In this document: positions 48,562-57,947 of the stretch, in pieces
How positions within the stretch are numbered: position 1 is the first letter of the stretch
Layout of the letters: the number at the start of each line of letters is the position of its first letter
Origin: Candidatus Methylacidiphilales bacterium
Lineage (GTDB): Bacteria > Verrucomicrobiota > Verrucomicrobiia > Methylacidiphilales > JANWVL01
Assembly (NCBI GenBank): GCA_025056655.1
Contig: JANWVL010000164.1
Span: 661 to 64,660, forward strand
Direction of reading: 5' to 3'
DNA: 64,000 bases
Notes under the pieces: generated by a model
Seen by the model: only the letters and a program-made list of their open reading frames with translations
Databases searched by the model: none
Told to the model about the DNA's origin: nothing
Program-made: the position numbers and the translations under genes

Positions 48562-48828
48562 TTAGTGAGAAGGGATTTTGATGCCTTTTTTCTCGAGGAA
48601 GGGGATGAGTTGTTGGATGTCGAAATCAGCCAGGACAGTGTCATCAATCCATAGGAGTGTAGGGGCTTTCGTTTGGCCTGAAATGTCGATCATGCGCTGG
48701 AAAGCGATCGGATCGTGACGAACCTCTATGCGGCGGTAAGGAATTTTGTGATGGCGAAGAAATCCTTCTGCCTGTATGCACCATGGACAGCCCTCTTTGA
48801 CGAAGAGAATTGGAAGTGAGTCGGACAT
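48562..48828 (-). CDS. Glutaredoxin-like small thioredoxin-fold protein
   Basis: MSDSLPILFVKEGCPWCIQAEGFLRHHKIPYRRIEV contains a CPWC active site, and 88 aa is a typical size. The ORF-track start at 48918 would add a hydrophobic leader but overlaps the divergent gene start at 48878. Confidence 0.7.
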   Translation of the reverse strand: MSDSLPILFVKEGCPWCIQAEGFLRHHKIPYRRIEVRHDPIAFQRMIDISGQTKAPTLLWIDDTVLADFDIQQLIPFLEKKGIKIPSH

Positions 48829-48877
48829 AAATTTTGGGTTGCTATTAGGTAGACAAGGCTGTATTAGAATCAGCGTT

Positions 48878-49312
48878 ATGAAAAACAAACTCAAACTTTT
48901 TGTCATCGGATGCTTCACTCTCTTTGTAATGGGCGGAATTTCCCCAATTGAGGCAGCAGAAAAAAAGGAAGAAAAAGCTAAAAAGTCTCAAGAAGTATGT
49001 CCAGTGAGCGACTGCAAAAACAAGACAGACTGCAAAGATAAAAAACACAAAAGAGAAGCAAGAAGAAAAGCGGACTTAGAGAAATACGACGTAAACAAGG
49101 ATGGTAAATTGGACAAAGCCGAGAGAGAGGCACGCAAGGCTGATAGAAAAGCTGCAGCAGAAAAACGAAAGGCTGAAAGAGAAGCACGCAAGGCCGAAAG
49201 AAAAGCTGAAGCAGAAAAGCGAAAGGCTGAGAGAGAGGCCAAGAAGGAAGCTGAGAAGGCAGAAAAACTGTCTAAAAAGGCAGAAAAGAAGGCCGATGGA
49301 ACTAAGAATTAA
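48878..49312 (+). CDS. Secreted Lys/Glu/Ala-rich protein with one canonical EF-hand loop
   Basis: Has the signal peptide MKNKLKLFVIGCFTLFVMGGISPIEA. DVNKDGKLDKAE fits the 12-residue EF-hand loop D-x-N-x-D-G-x-L-D-x-x-E. The C-terminal half is made of AEREARKAERKAEAEKRK repeats. Confidence 0.65.
   Translation: MKNKLKLFVIGCFTLFVMGGISPIEAAEKKEEKAKKSQEVCPVSDCKNKTDCKDKKHKREARRKADLEKYDVNKDGKLDKAEREARKADRKAAAEKRKAEREARKAERKAEAEKRKAEREAKKEAEKAEKLSKKAEKKADGTKN
49121..49270 (+). repeat. Tandem 54-nt (18-codon) repeats inside the EF-hand protein gene, about 2.7 copies
   Basis: Unit 1 (49121-49174) and unit 2 (49175-49228) align with a few substitutions (gagagagaggcacgcaaggctgatagaaaagctgcagcagaaaaacgaaaggct versus gaaagagaagcacgcaaggccgaaagaaaagctgaagcagaaaagcgaaaggct). 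A partial third unit follows. Confidence 0.8.
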
Positions 49313-49345
49313 TGCGAAAAGCAGATAAGTTATAGATTTTAAGAG

Positions 49346-49382
49346 AAAAAGCCCTTGGTTGAGCCCAGGGGCTTTTTGTTTT
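49346..49382 (+). terminator. Rho-independent terminator candidate
   Basis: The stem gcccttgg (49351-49358) pairs with ccaggggc (49065-type, at 49065+300 = 49365-49372) with one G-U pair and a 6-nt loop. It is followed by tttttgtttt and preceded by aaaaa. Confidence 0.7.
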
Positions 49383-49473
49383 CACGCTATCAATATTTTT
49401 GCCTGAATTTTTCGGTGAGGAGGAGGTGATTTTATCATTTGAAATAGGAATATTTTCGCTAAAGGGAGCGCCC

Positions 49474-50826
49474 ATGACCACACGCGTTCGTTTTGCTCCA
49501 TCACCAACTGGGTATCTGCATATCGGAGGCGCACGCACTGCTTTGTTTAATTGGCTCTATGCTAAACACACCGGTGGAAAGTTTATTTTGAGAATTGAAG
49601 ACACGGACGTCGCTCGCAACACTCCTGAGGCATTACAGGCCATATTTGGAGGATTAAAATGGCTCGGTCTGGATTGGGATGAAGGTCCGATGCCAGATGG
49701 CAGCACGCGCGGAAACTACGGTCCTTATTTCCAAAGTCAACGCATACACATCTACCGGTCTTATGTTGAAAGGCTTCTTTCTATCGGCAAAGCTTACACC
49801 ACGACAGGTGGAGCAATTAAGTTTAGAATGAAGCGTGAACCTATAGTCATTCGTGACTTAGTCGTCGGCAATGTAACGCGCGCTTTGACGGATCGTGAGC
49901 AACTCGACCCGGACTTTGTGATTGTGCGGTCGGATGGGCAGCCAGTTTTTCATCTGGTGAATGTCGTGGATGATCTTGAAATGAAGATCACACACGTCAT
50001 TCGGGGTGAAGATCATTTAACTAACACTGCTAAGCATATTGCCTTATTTGAGGCGCTCAATGCTGAGCCGCCGGCATACGCCCACATTCCACTGATTCTG
50101 AATGCAAACGGTTCCAAAATGAGCAAGCGAGACGAAGGCGCATCTCTCGATGAGTATATCGAGGAAGGCTATCTTCCACAGGCTATGCGAAATTTCTTAT
50201 GCCTCTTGGGATGGTCATCCAAAGACAATCGTGAGATTTTATCTCTTGAAGAAATCATATCGAAATTTGATCTCCCTCAGATCCATCGCCACAACTCGCG
50301 GTTCGATCGAGAAAAATGCTTTTGGTTAAATGGTGAATACATGCGTCTTCTGCCGATTGATGAGCTTTCTCAGTGGGCTAAACCTATCCTCGATCGCGCA
50401 CATATTCCTTATCAAGCGTATCCTGAGACATATTTCCAAAAGGCTTTAGCCACTGTGCGTGAAAAAATAAAGATCGGCAAGGAATTGCCCCAATGGATGG
50501 CTTTTTATTTTACCGACGAATTTCCTTGGGATGAAGGAGCAAAAGAGATTCTCGCCAGCAATGAATCCCAGGAGGCACTACGCCTGCTCTACGAGACTTT
50601 AACCGCTGCATCTAAATGGAGCCACGATCACTTACAGAATGAGATCAGAAATTTAACCAATAGCTCACAGAAAAAAATTGCGTTCTTCGTTCACCCGCTT
50701 CGAGTGTGTCTCACAGGCCGACGCGTCGGCCCTAGCCTATACGCTCTAATGGAAGTCCTCGGAAAAGAACAAACGCTAAAGCGCATTAAAAAGGCTCTCT
50801 GTAATCCCTCCTTTGAGCAACCATAA
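49474..50826 (+). CDS. gltX: Glutamate--tRNA ligase
   Basis: Carries RFAPSPTGYLHIGG (HIGH) and GSKMSKRD (KMSKS). The start is trimmed to the ATG at 49474. Confidence 0.93.
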   Translation: MTTRVRFAPSPTGYLHIGGARTALFNWLYAKHTGGKFILRIEDTDVARNTPEALQAIFGGLKWLGLDWDEGPMPDGSTRGNYGPYFQSQRIHIYRSYVERLLSIGKAYTTTGGAIKFRMKREPIVIRDLVVGNVTRALTDREQLDPDFVIVRSDGQPVFHLVNVVDDLEMKITHVIRGEDHLTNTAKHIALFEALNAEPPAYAHIPLILNANGSKMSKRDEGASLDEYIEEGYLPQAMRNFLCLLGWSSKDNREILSLEEIISKFDLPQIHRHNSRFDREKCFWLNGEYMRLLPIDELSQWAKPILDRAHIPYQAYPETYFQKALATVREKIKIGKELPQWMAFYFTDEFPWDEGAKEILASNESQEALRLLYETLTAASKWSHDHLQNEIRNLTNSSQKKIAFFVHPLRVCLTGRRVGPSLYALMEVLGKEQTLKRIKKALCNPSFEQP

Positions 50827-50866
50827 AAAACTTTAACTTCCCACGCCTTGGTCTATTGTATAGGAT

Positions 50867-51868
50867 ATGATAGTTGTCGAGGAGGAACCAGCCATTAGAG
50901 AGCATAGCCCCAGTGCCCCAGGCATTATCCCTAATGCCAAGCCAACTTCAAAACACACATTAGCGCTATCTACCAACTGGAGTGCTGCACGTCACTTCGA
51001 TGGCGAAGCTATGTTGCTTGAAATTCGCGATTTAGGGTTTGAGTATGTCGAGCTAGGGCACACAATCCGTTATAGCTTATGGCCCGGAATTAAGAAAGCG
51101 ATCGAAAATGGGGTCGTAAAGGTCACATCCCTTCACAACTTTTGTCCCTTACCAATAAGCGATGTGCCCGTTTCCTGTAACACTTTCGAATATACCCATC
51201 CCCGTCGTGTAGTTCGTGAAGCTGCCGTTTTTTACACCAAGAAGACTATTGAAGCAGCGGCTGAGGTCGGAGCTCGCGCTGTAGTTCTCCATGCAGGCTC
51301 AAGTTCACTCCGTGGATTTACCAGAAAACTCGAAAAACTCTTTCTTAATGGTAAGCTTTACTCCTCAGAATATTGTCGCATCAAATTGAATGCGGTGATC
51401 CAACGCCGCCGCGAATCACCCCAGCTTTGGGCGCGCGTGAAAGAATGCCTACTCACTTGTCTAGAACATGCAGAAAAATACAACATTCTTCTCGGAATTG
51501 AGACGCGCTCTCACTTTGAAGAGTTCCCTACCGAAGAGGAATTTACCATGATCTTTGAAGAAATCGATTCTCCCTACTTAGGCTACTGGCACGATTTCGG
51601 ACATCTTGCCGGCAAGGAACACCTTGGTTTCGTCGATCAAAAACAGTTTCTCCGAAAGCATGCACACCGCCTTATTGGTGCCCACTTTCAAGATTGTCGC
51701 CCTCCCGGCATCGATCATTTACCCCTTGGAAAAGGCACAAACAACTTTCAAGAAATTCTCTCTTTCTTTCCTAAAGACTATATTTCCGTCTTAGAATTGA
51801 CATCGCGCTCCACAGCGGATGATATTGTAGCCAGCCGCCGTCTATGGGCTACATTCGCAAACACCTGA
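50867..51868 (+). CDS. Xylose-isomerase-like TIM-barrel protein (sugar phosphate isomerase/epimerase family)
   Basis: Has the pattern GFEYVELG ... VVLHAG ... GIETR ... WHDFGH typical of the AP_endonuc_2 / TIM-barrel family. The start is uncertain because of possible internal ATGs. Confidence 0.7.
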   Translation: MIVVEEEPAIREHSPSAPGIIPNAKPTSKHTLALSTNWSAARHFDGEAMLLEIRDLGFEYVELGHTIRYSLWPGIKKAIENGVVKVTSLHNFCPLPISDVPVSCNTFEYTHPRRVVREAAVFYTKKTIEAAAEVGARAVVLHAGSSSLRGFTRKLEKLFLNGKLYSSEYCRIKLNAVIQRRRESPQLWARVKECLLTCLEHAEKYNILLGIETRSHFEEFPTEEEFTMIFEEIDSPYLGYWHDFGHLAGKEHLGFVDQKQFLRKHAHRLIGAHFQDCRPPGIDHLPLGKGTNNFQEILSFFPKDYISVLELTSRSTADDIVASRRLWATFANT

Positions 51869-52851
51869 GCTTTTTTCTCCGCGCTCTCATTTCTCTCACG
51901 ATCCTCATAGTTATCGGCCTCCGAGTCAACTGGCCTGAACTCGGGCGAACATTTCAGACGATGGATTGGACATGGGTCGGCGCTGCTTTTCTTACCTTTG
52001 GAGTTGTCATCCTCTTTGCCGTTCTTCGTTGGGACGTCCTCTTACGCGTTCATGGAATCCACTTACCTTGGAGAAAAACAGCAGAAATCTGGATGATCGG
52101 CCACTTCTTTAATGCCTTTTTACTTGGGACCACGGGAGGCGACGTTGCTAAGATCTACTACTGTGCCCAGGCTTTGCCTGAACATCGTTCTGCTGCCGCA
52201 CTTTCTATCATTTTCGACCGGCTCTTAGGTCTCTTTGTGTTACTCAGCATCGCTGTTGTGCTTGGCTTGTGGCACTACCCAATCTTGGATGGGGACCCTG
52301 TCACCCACAAGGCTCTACTAGCTATCTTTTTGAGCTTCATAGCAATGCTCTGTGGTTTAGCTGTTTTTTTAATTCCTCCGGCTTGGAGCTTTTTTTTTCA
52401 AATAGTGAATCGATTTGCTCCTAATCACCTACAAAAAACAGTAAACAACATCCATGAAGCTTTCATCCGCTACACCCAGTCCTGGGGCGCAAACTTTATG
52501 GCAATCATTATTTCAATTATCCTCCATCTCCTTACATTCATTATGAGCTTTTTTCTTCTTCGTGCTCTCCATCTGCACGATGTTCCATTTTGGCCTTTTG
52601 TCTCTTGTTTACCGATTATAGGCTTTCTCGTAGCAATACCCGTCAGTATTTCCGGCCTAGGCATGCGTGAAGGGCTTTTCGTCTCATTTTTGGGATTGCT
52701 TTCGATTGATAAAGAAATCGCTTTAGCCTTCTCTCTTGCAGGATTTGGAGTCACTTTACTTTGGAGTTTGATCGGTGGACTCATCTACCTCCAATACAAA
52801 AAACCCGAAGACTCCTTCTCAAAAATCGAGCACGCCACCGATACAGTCTAG
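51844..52851 (+). CDS. Flippase-like polytopic membrane protein (UPF0104 / lysyl-PG-synthase TM-region family)
   Basis: About 8 TM helices, with GHFFNAFLLGTTGGDVAKIYY matching my memory of the family motif (P...GG.GE/D). It overlaps the upstream gene by 25 nt. Confidence 0.65.
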   Translation: MGYIRKHLSFFLRALISLTILIVIGLRVNWPELGRTFQTMDWTWVGAAFLTFGVVILFAVLRWDVLLRVHGIHLPWRKTAEIWMIGHFFNAFLLGTTGGDVAKIYYCAQALPEHRSAAALSIIFDRLLGLFVLLSIAVVLGLWHYPILDGDPVTHKALLAIFLSFIAMLCGLAVFLIPPAWSFFFQIVNRFAPNHLQKTVNNIHEAFIRYTQSWGANFMAIIISIILHLLTFIMSFFLLRALHLHDVPFWPFVSCLPIIGFLVAIPVSISGLGMREGLFVSFLGLLSIDKEIALAFSLAGFGVTLLWSLIGGLIYLQYKKPEDSFSKIEHATDTV

Positions 52852-52854
52852 AAC

Positions 52855-54195
52855 ATGGATTCCGCTCATTACGCGACGGCTAAAGATATCGTCGCCAAAC
52901 TTACCCAGGCCGGATTCGTTGCCTACTTTGCAGGCGGCTGGGTCCGTGATTACCTGAGAGGGTCTCCACATGATGACATCGACATCGCCACATCTGCTAC
53001 TCCCGAGGAAATCATCCAACTTTTTCCTAAAACAACAGGCCTTGAAGGCAAATGTTTCGGTGTTGTCCGCGTTTTACAAAATCACCACGCATATGAAGTT
53101 GCCACCTTTCGATCCGATGGCGACTACCACGATGGACGACATCCCAGCTCGGTTCGTTTTGCCTCACCTCAAGAAGATGCCCAGCGACGTGATTTCACAA
53201 TAAACGGTCTCTTTTTTGACCCCGAAAAAAATCAAGTCATCGATTTCGTTAACGGAACGGCTGATCTCAAAAACAAACTCATTCGAGCCATCGGAGACCC
53301 CCTTGCCCGTTTCAGAGAAGACAAGCTTCGACTGCTACGCGCTGTTCGCTTTGCCACCACACTAGGTTTCCAAATTGAACCCTCCACCTGGCAAGCCATA
53401 TGCCACCTAGCCCCAGAAATCACCAGAATCAGCCCCGAACGCATTCGTGACGAACTCAACAAAATCCTCACCTCGGAGTCTCCAGTTCGCGGCCTTGACC
53501 TACTAGACTCAAGCGGCCTCCTCAAAGCCATATTACCAGAAATAGAGGCTCTGAAGGGTGTTCAACAACCGCCTCAATTCCATCCCGAAGGTGATGTCTA
53601 CGTTCACACTCGGTTAATGCTATCCCATCTCTCTCGCCCATCCCTCACCCTCGCCCTGAGCACCTTATTCCACGATGTCGGAAAAAAAGCAACATACAGT
53701 CTCGACCCCGTCGGCCGCATCCGCTTCAGCGGTCACGAACACGTCGGAGCGCGCATCACTGAGCGCGTCCTGAGACGCCTACGCTACAGCAACGAAATCA
53801 TCGAGACCGTCACCGCCTGCGTCCAAAATCACATGACCTTCAAAGACGCTCCACAGATGCGTTTGAGTAAACTAAAACGCCTCCTGGCTCGCCCAACCTT
53901 TGATGAGGAGCTCGATCTGCATCGCATAGACTGCCTCTCTAGTCACGGCGACCTATCCATCTATGAATTTCTAGTTCAACGCCGCCAAGCTCTCTCACAA
54001 GAAGAAATCAGCCCCCCGCGACTTATTACCGGCCACGATTTGATTCGTCTCGGCCTCTCTCCCGGCCCTCAAATAGGTCGCCTCCTCGAAGAAATCCGAG
54101 AAGCTCAACTCGAAGGTCAGCTCTCAACCCCAGAGCAAGCCCTCGATTATGCTCGCAATCGCCTCCGTTCACTTTCAAACCCTACTTCACCGTAA
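52855..54195 (+). CDS. cca: CCA-adding tRNA nucleotidyltransferase with HD domain
   Basis: Carries YFAGGWVRDYLRG, DIDIAT and RDFTINGLF (polymerase-beta head), plus the HD domain LFHDVGK. Confidence 0.88.
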   Translation: MDSAHYATAKDIVAKLTQAGFVAYFAGGWVRDYLRGSPHDDIDIATSATPEEIIQLFPKTTGLEGKCFGVVRVLQNHHAYEVATFRSDGDYHDGRHPSSVRFASPQEDAQRRDFTINGLFFDPEKNQVIDFVNGTADLKNKLIRAIGDPLARFREDKLRLLRAVRFATTLGFQIEPSTWQAICHLAPEITRISPERIRDELNKILTSESPVRGLDLLDSSGLLKAILPEIEALKGVQQPPQFHPEGDVYVHTRLMLSHLSRPSLTLALSTLFHDVGKKATYSLDPVGRIRFSGHEHVGARITERVLRRLRYSNEIIETVTACVQNHMTFKDAPQMRLSKLKRLLARPTFDEELDLHRIDCLSSHGDLSIYEFLVQRRQALSQEEISPPRLITGHDLIRLGLSPGPQIGRLLEEIREAQLEGQLSTPEQALDYARNRLRSLSNPTSP

Positions 54196-54212
54196 ACCCG
54201 AGCCGTTTGATT

Positions 54213-54241
54213 TTGACAACCTTTTCTTTCTAAGAGATATT
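54213..54241 (+). promoter_or_regulatory. Sigma-70-like promoter candidate
   Basis: ttgaca (54213-54218), a 17-nt spacer, then gatatt (54236-54241). aaaggag lies 4 nt before the ATG at 54255. This is a pattern match only. Confidence 0.3.
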
Positions 54242-54254
54242 AGCCCTAAAGGAG

Positions 54255-54644
54255 ATGCAGACGCCCTTACCCCCACGTGTTCAGGTCTCTCTCGCCCCTT
54301 GGGTTAAGATGGCCATAGCGATCTTATTAATCTTAATTGGCGTCGCTTTTACCTCCACCCTCACAACAATACAAAGCCTACAAAACGAAGTAGCTATCCT
54401 CCAAAAACACCGCGATAGCCTCACCCGCCGCAACCAATTTCTCGAAGACTCCATCAACACTATCTCCGCTGACCATCGTGACTTATTAGAAAAGATAAAA
54501 AAACTCCAAGCCCAGGCCGATCTTGCTACTCAACTCCAAAACCAAATCCGCGACCTCGAAGCACAGCTCCAAGCTTACCGCTCTTCACCCCCACAGACCG
54601 CCCTACTCTCCCCTACCGATGAGCTTCTCCAACAAAACAAATAA
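54255..54644 (+). CDS. Hypothetical membrane-anchored coiled-coil protein (FtsB/DivIC-like architecture)
   Basis: 129 aa with one TM (MAIAILLILIGVAF) followed by a leucine-zipper-like coiled coil. The architecture fits, but no specific motif does. Confidence 0.45.
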   Translation: MQTPLPPRVQVSLAPWVKMAIAILLILIGVAFTSTLTTIQSLQNEVAILQKHRDSLTRRNQFLEDSINTISADHRDLLEKIKKLQAQADLATQLQNQIRDLEAQLQAYRSSPPQTALLSPTDELLQQNK

Positions 54645-54678
54645 CTTCAACCACAATCACAAGCCTTCGCCCCACGCA

Positions 54679-55179
54679 TCAACCCACTCTCTCCCATCTT
54701 GTAAACGGATAACGTGCAAGATAACTATTCGCATACCTCCTATCTCGCGTCACCTCTTGCCCTACCCAATCTGGAAGCACAATTCTCTCCCCCTCCTCTC
54801 TTAATTCTACCTCTGCCAATACCAATCCTCGATTTTCCCCTTCGAATTCATCTACTTCCCATATACGCACTTGGCCTACCTCCTCTTGCACTGGCACCGT
54901 GTAACGCCGTTTCTCAATCCTTCCATGACGTGCCAGTCGCTCAAGCAGCTCCTGCGCCTCATCTAGAGGCACCTCGTATTCATACTCAGGTCGAGACAAC
55001 TTGCCCTCTAAAGGTCGGCCTTTTATAGTAATCCAGCCTCGTCTAGCCATTACCCGCACCCGCACCGTTAAATGCTCCTCTAGACATAAATAGCCTTGCG
55101 CCACCCACTGCACGCTGGTCGCCTCCTCACGCCACCTTTCGTTTACAACTAAAAACTTTCGCTCTATCTCTACCCCCAT
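54679..55179 (-). CDS. CYTH-domain protein (triphosphate tunnel metalloenzyme)
   Basis: The N-terminal EIERKFLV (ExExK) signature. 166 aa. Confidence 0.8.
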   Translation of the reverse strand: MGVEIERKFLVVNERWREEATSVQWVAQGYLCLEEHLTVRVRVMARRGWITIKGRPLEGKLSRPEYEYEVPLDEAQELLERLARHGRIEKRRYTVPVQEEVGQVRIWEVDEFEGENRGLVLAEVELREEGERIVLPDWVGQEVTRDRRYANSYLARYPFTRWERVG

Positions 55180-55188
55180 AATTCCTGT

Positions 55189-56703
55189 CTACTTCTCCAT
55201 TCTCACACCGTCCTCCTTCCTCGGAAACAAAGGCTCGGCGGGAGATATTACACGACCTTTCAGAACCTCTGTTTGGCGGATCCGACCAAAAGAAAAATCC
55301 TCAGGCTCACCCAAGAACCCCATCACTTTTCGCGACGTTGTCGGCATCACAGGCTCTAAAAGCAAACCAATTCTTCTGATCGCTTCGCACAGCGTCACCA
55401 ACACCCGATCGAGCTCCTCCAAGCGCTGCTCTTTTGCCAGACGCCAAGGTGCTCGCTCCTCGACATAACGATTAGCCCTTTGTATCCTGCTCCACACTGC
55501 CTCAAGAGCTGCATGAACTTGACCGTTTTCCATGCAGCGAAGGTAGATTTCACAACATTCATCATCTACCAACTCCATTTCTTCTGCCGACTGCGGCACG
55601 CAACCCCCTCGATATCGATGCACCATCGAAAGCGTCCGCTGCACCAGATTACCCCAATCGTTGGCCAAATCAAAACTATATCGGTCGGCAAAACGTTCAT
55701 CGCTAAAATCTGCGTCCTGCCCTGTAACCATCTCGCGCATCACAAAATATCGAAAAGCATCCGCTCCCCAATGCTCAATATAAGGCACCGGGTCAACGAC
55801 ATTCCCAATAGACTTGCTCATCTTCGCTCCTCGGTTCATCCACCAACCATGCACCAACAACCGCCGAGGCCACTCCAAACCAAGCGCTATCAACATAGCC
55901 GGCCAATAAATCCCATGCGCCGGAATTAAAATGTCTTTCCCTATAAGCTGAATGTCAGCAGGCCAGCGGCTCGTGCCATCAGCATTAAAAGCAAACGAAA
56001 TGTAATTTAACAACGCATCAAACCAGACATAAGTGACGTATTGCTCATCGAAAGGCAACGGAATCCCCCATTCAACACGACTCTTGGGACGCGAGATACA
56101 AAGTGGCTCAAGCGGCTCTTCAAGCAACGTCAACAATTCTTTTCGGCGAAACGTCGGCTCAATCCAGTTTTCCTCTCTTACAATACGCTCTCGGATCCGC
56201 TCTCGATACGGCTCCATTACAAAAAAATAGTTGGGCTCACGCATCTCCACGACTTCCCCGTAGATCTCAGGCCAGCTCCCATCCGCATTTCGGTCTTTTT
56301 CTGTAACAAACTGCTCCTGCCGCACACTGTAAAAGCCTACATGGTCTTTGAAGACGATTTTTCCTTCGTCATAGAGTCGCTGGAGACATCCTCGGACGTA
56401 GGATTGATGAGCCTCTAGAGTTGTGCGAGCAAACCGATCATATCGAATGTCCAGCCGCTTCCACAGGGCAATAAAATGTGCAGTCATTTCATCACAGAAA
56501 GCCTGGGGCGCCTTATTCGCAGCACGCGCTGACTGTTGGACTTTTTGTCCGTGCTCATCCACACCGGTCAGGAAAAGAACGTCTCGTCCCTGGTTGCGCT
56601 GGAAACGGGCAAGGACGTCAGCAAGAATTTTTTCGTAGGCATGCCCGAGATGAGGTTTTCCATTCACGTAGTCAATCGCCGTAGTGATGAAAAACCGCTT
56701 CAT
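55189..56703 (-). CDS. metG: Methionine--tRNA ligase
   Basis: Carries TAIDYVNGKPHLGHAYE (HIGH-type) and GAKMSKSIGN (KMSKS). The start is trimmed to the ATG at 56703 (MKRFFITT). Confidence 0.93.
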   Translation of the reverse strand: MKRFFITTAIDYVNGKPHLGHAYEKILADVLARFQRNQGRDVLFLTGVDEHGQKVQQSARAANKAPQAFCDEMTAHFIALWKRLDIRYDRFARTTLEAHQSYVRGCLQRLYDEGKIVFKDHVGFYSVRQEQFVTEKDRNADGSWPEIYGEVVEMREPNYFFVMEPYRERIRERIVREENWIEPTFRRKELLTLLEEPLEPLCISRPKSRVEWGIPLPFDEQYVTYVWFDALLNYISFAFNADGTSRWPADIQLIGKDILIPAHGIYWPAMLIALGLEWPRRLLVHGWWMNRGAKMSKSIGNVVDPVPYIEHWGADAFRYFVMREMVTGQDADFSDERFADRYSFDLANDWGNLVQRTLSMVHRYRGGCVPQSAEEMELVDDECCEIYLRCMENGQVHAALEAVWSRIQRANRYVEERAPWRLAKEQRLEELDRVLVTLCEAIRRIGLLLEPVMPTTSRKVMGFLGEPEDFSFGRIRQTEVLKGRVISPAEPLFPRKEDGVRMEK

Positions 56704-56789
56704 AGATGCGATAAACAGTTTTCCCCTTAGCCCTATACTCAACCAGATACAAGCCTCAATCGCTTATCGCGAGGTCAGAAAGTCAACGA

Positions 56790-57947
56790 TTAGCCTTTGT
56801 GAGCAGTGAGACCTTTCATAACATAACCTGCAGGCCATTCACGCCCGTAGATCAAGAATTTGAAAGCGCGCCCGAGGTGTTCCGGATGGATTAAGGCCTG
56901 AAAGCCACGGAGTATTTTAGGCTCAATGGGATTTGTATGGGTAAACGAGCTAAAAAAGTCTGGCCAGAGACCTACAAGGAAATGGCGTTGATCACAGAAA
57001 CCAATCTCTTGCAAACCACATCTCTGCGACTCATGTCGCAGAAGGCTCCAGTTCACATGAGCAGTGATATCTTGAAGGCCTGGATTTTGAAGAGGATTTG
57101 CGAGTTGACGGTGTTTTGAATAGCATCGCAAAGTGCCCAAGCTCCGAATCGGGTCGTAGTATTCTTCAGCGCTGAGGCCATAGTCTACTGTAATAATAGC
57201 CCCACGCTTCAGAACGCGCGCAGCTTCTCTTATCCAGTTCCGCGCCTCAAGATGGAGCTCCGTAGTGTATCCTTCGATCGGAGGTATCTTCCACAATTCA
57301 ATCTCCTGTCTCACATCGTCATCAATGGGCCCCTCAACTTCGTAGAAGTCACCGCCTGATTCACTAGCACCGACATAGATTTCCCGCCATTTATTTTCAA
57401 CAAACCGAATCAATCGAACAGGAAGGCTATCTATAACTTCATTAGTAAAAATAATCCCGGTAAGACTCAACGGATCAAGGTCCGATAGGCTTTTTATCCA
57501 ACTCAAACGAGCTCCCTTCGTAATGAAAGGCTGCATGGTTTTCTTTTGAATACGCAGACACGGAGTAAGAGGCTCGATGAAAATATAATGCGCCATGGAT
57601 TGAAGAGGCGAGGAGATACGCCGCCACTCAGTATACACATCGGCAGCAAATTGGCCATCATGAGCTCCAGCTTCACAAATAACAAAGTCCGCAGGACGAT
57701 CGAGTTTCTCCCATATCTCTTGAAACTGGTTGGCCATAAGTTGCCCCCAGACACTGCCGACTGAGACGCTCGTGTAAAAATCCCCTTTGCGGCCTATTGT
57801 GAGATTGGCACGATTGTAGTAACCCCCATGTTCACTATAAAGACAATGGCTCATGTAACAATCAAACCGCATCGGACCATGCCGTGCGATTTGTTCCCGC
57901 AAAATATCCGCGAGTGTGCGTGTGCTTAGACCTTGCGACGAGGGCAT
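56790..57947 (-). CDS. SAM-dependent methyltransferase, MidA/NDUFAF7-like (DUF185)
   Basis: 385 aa. The N-terminus IARHGPMRFDCYMSHCLY...GGYY, GDFYTSVSV and ICEAGAHDG resemble the DUF185 family. Confidence 0.65.
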   Translation of the reverse strand: MPSSQGLSTRTLADILREQIARHGPMRFDCYMSHCLYSEHGGYYNRANLTIGRKGDFYTSVSVGSVWGQLMANQFQEIWEKLDRPADFVICEAGAHDGQFAADVYTEWRRISSPLQSMAHYIFIEPLTPCLRIQKKTMQPFITKGARLSWIKSLSDLDPLSLTGIIFTNEVIDSLPVRLIRFVENKWREIYVGASESGGDFYEVEGPIDDDVRQEIELWKIPPIEGYTTELHLEARNWIREAARVLKRGAIITVDYGLSAEEYYDPIRSLGTLRCYSKHRQLANPLQNPGLQDITAHVNWSLLRHESQRCGLQEIGFCDQRHFLVGLWPDFFSSFTHTNPIEPKILRGFQALIHPEHLGRAFKFLIYGREWPAGYVMKGLTAHKG

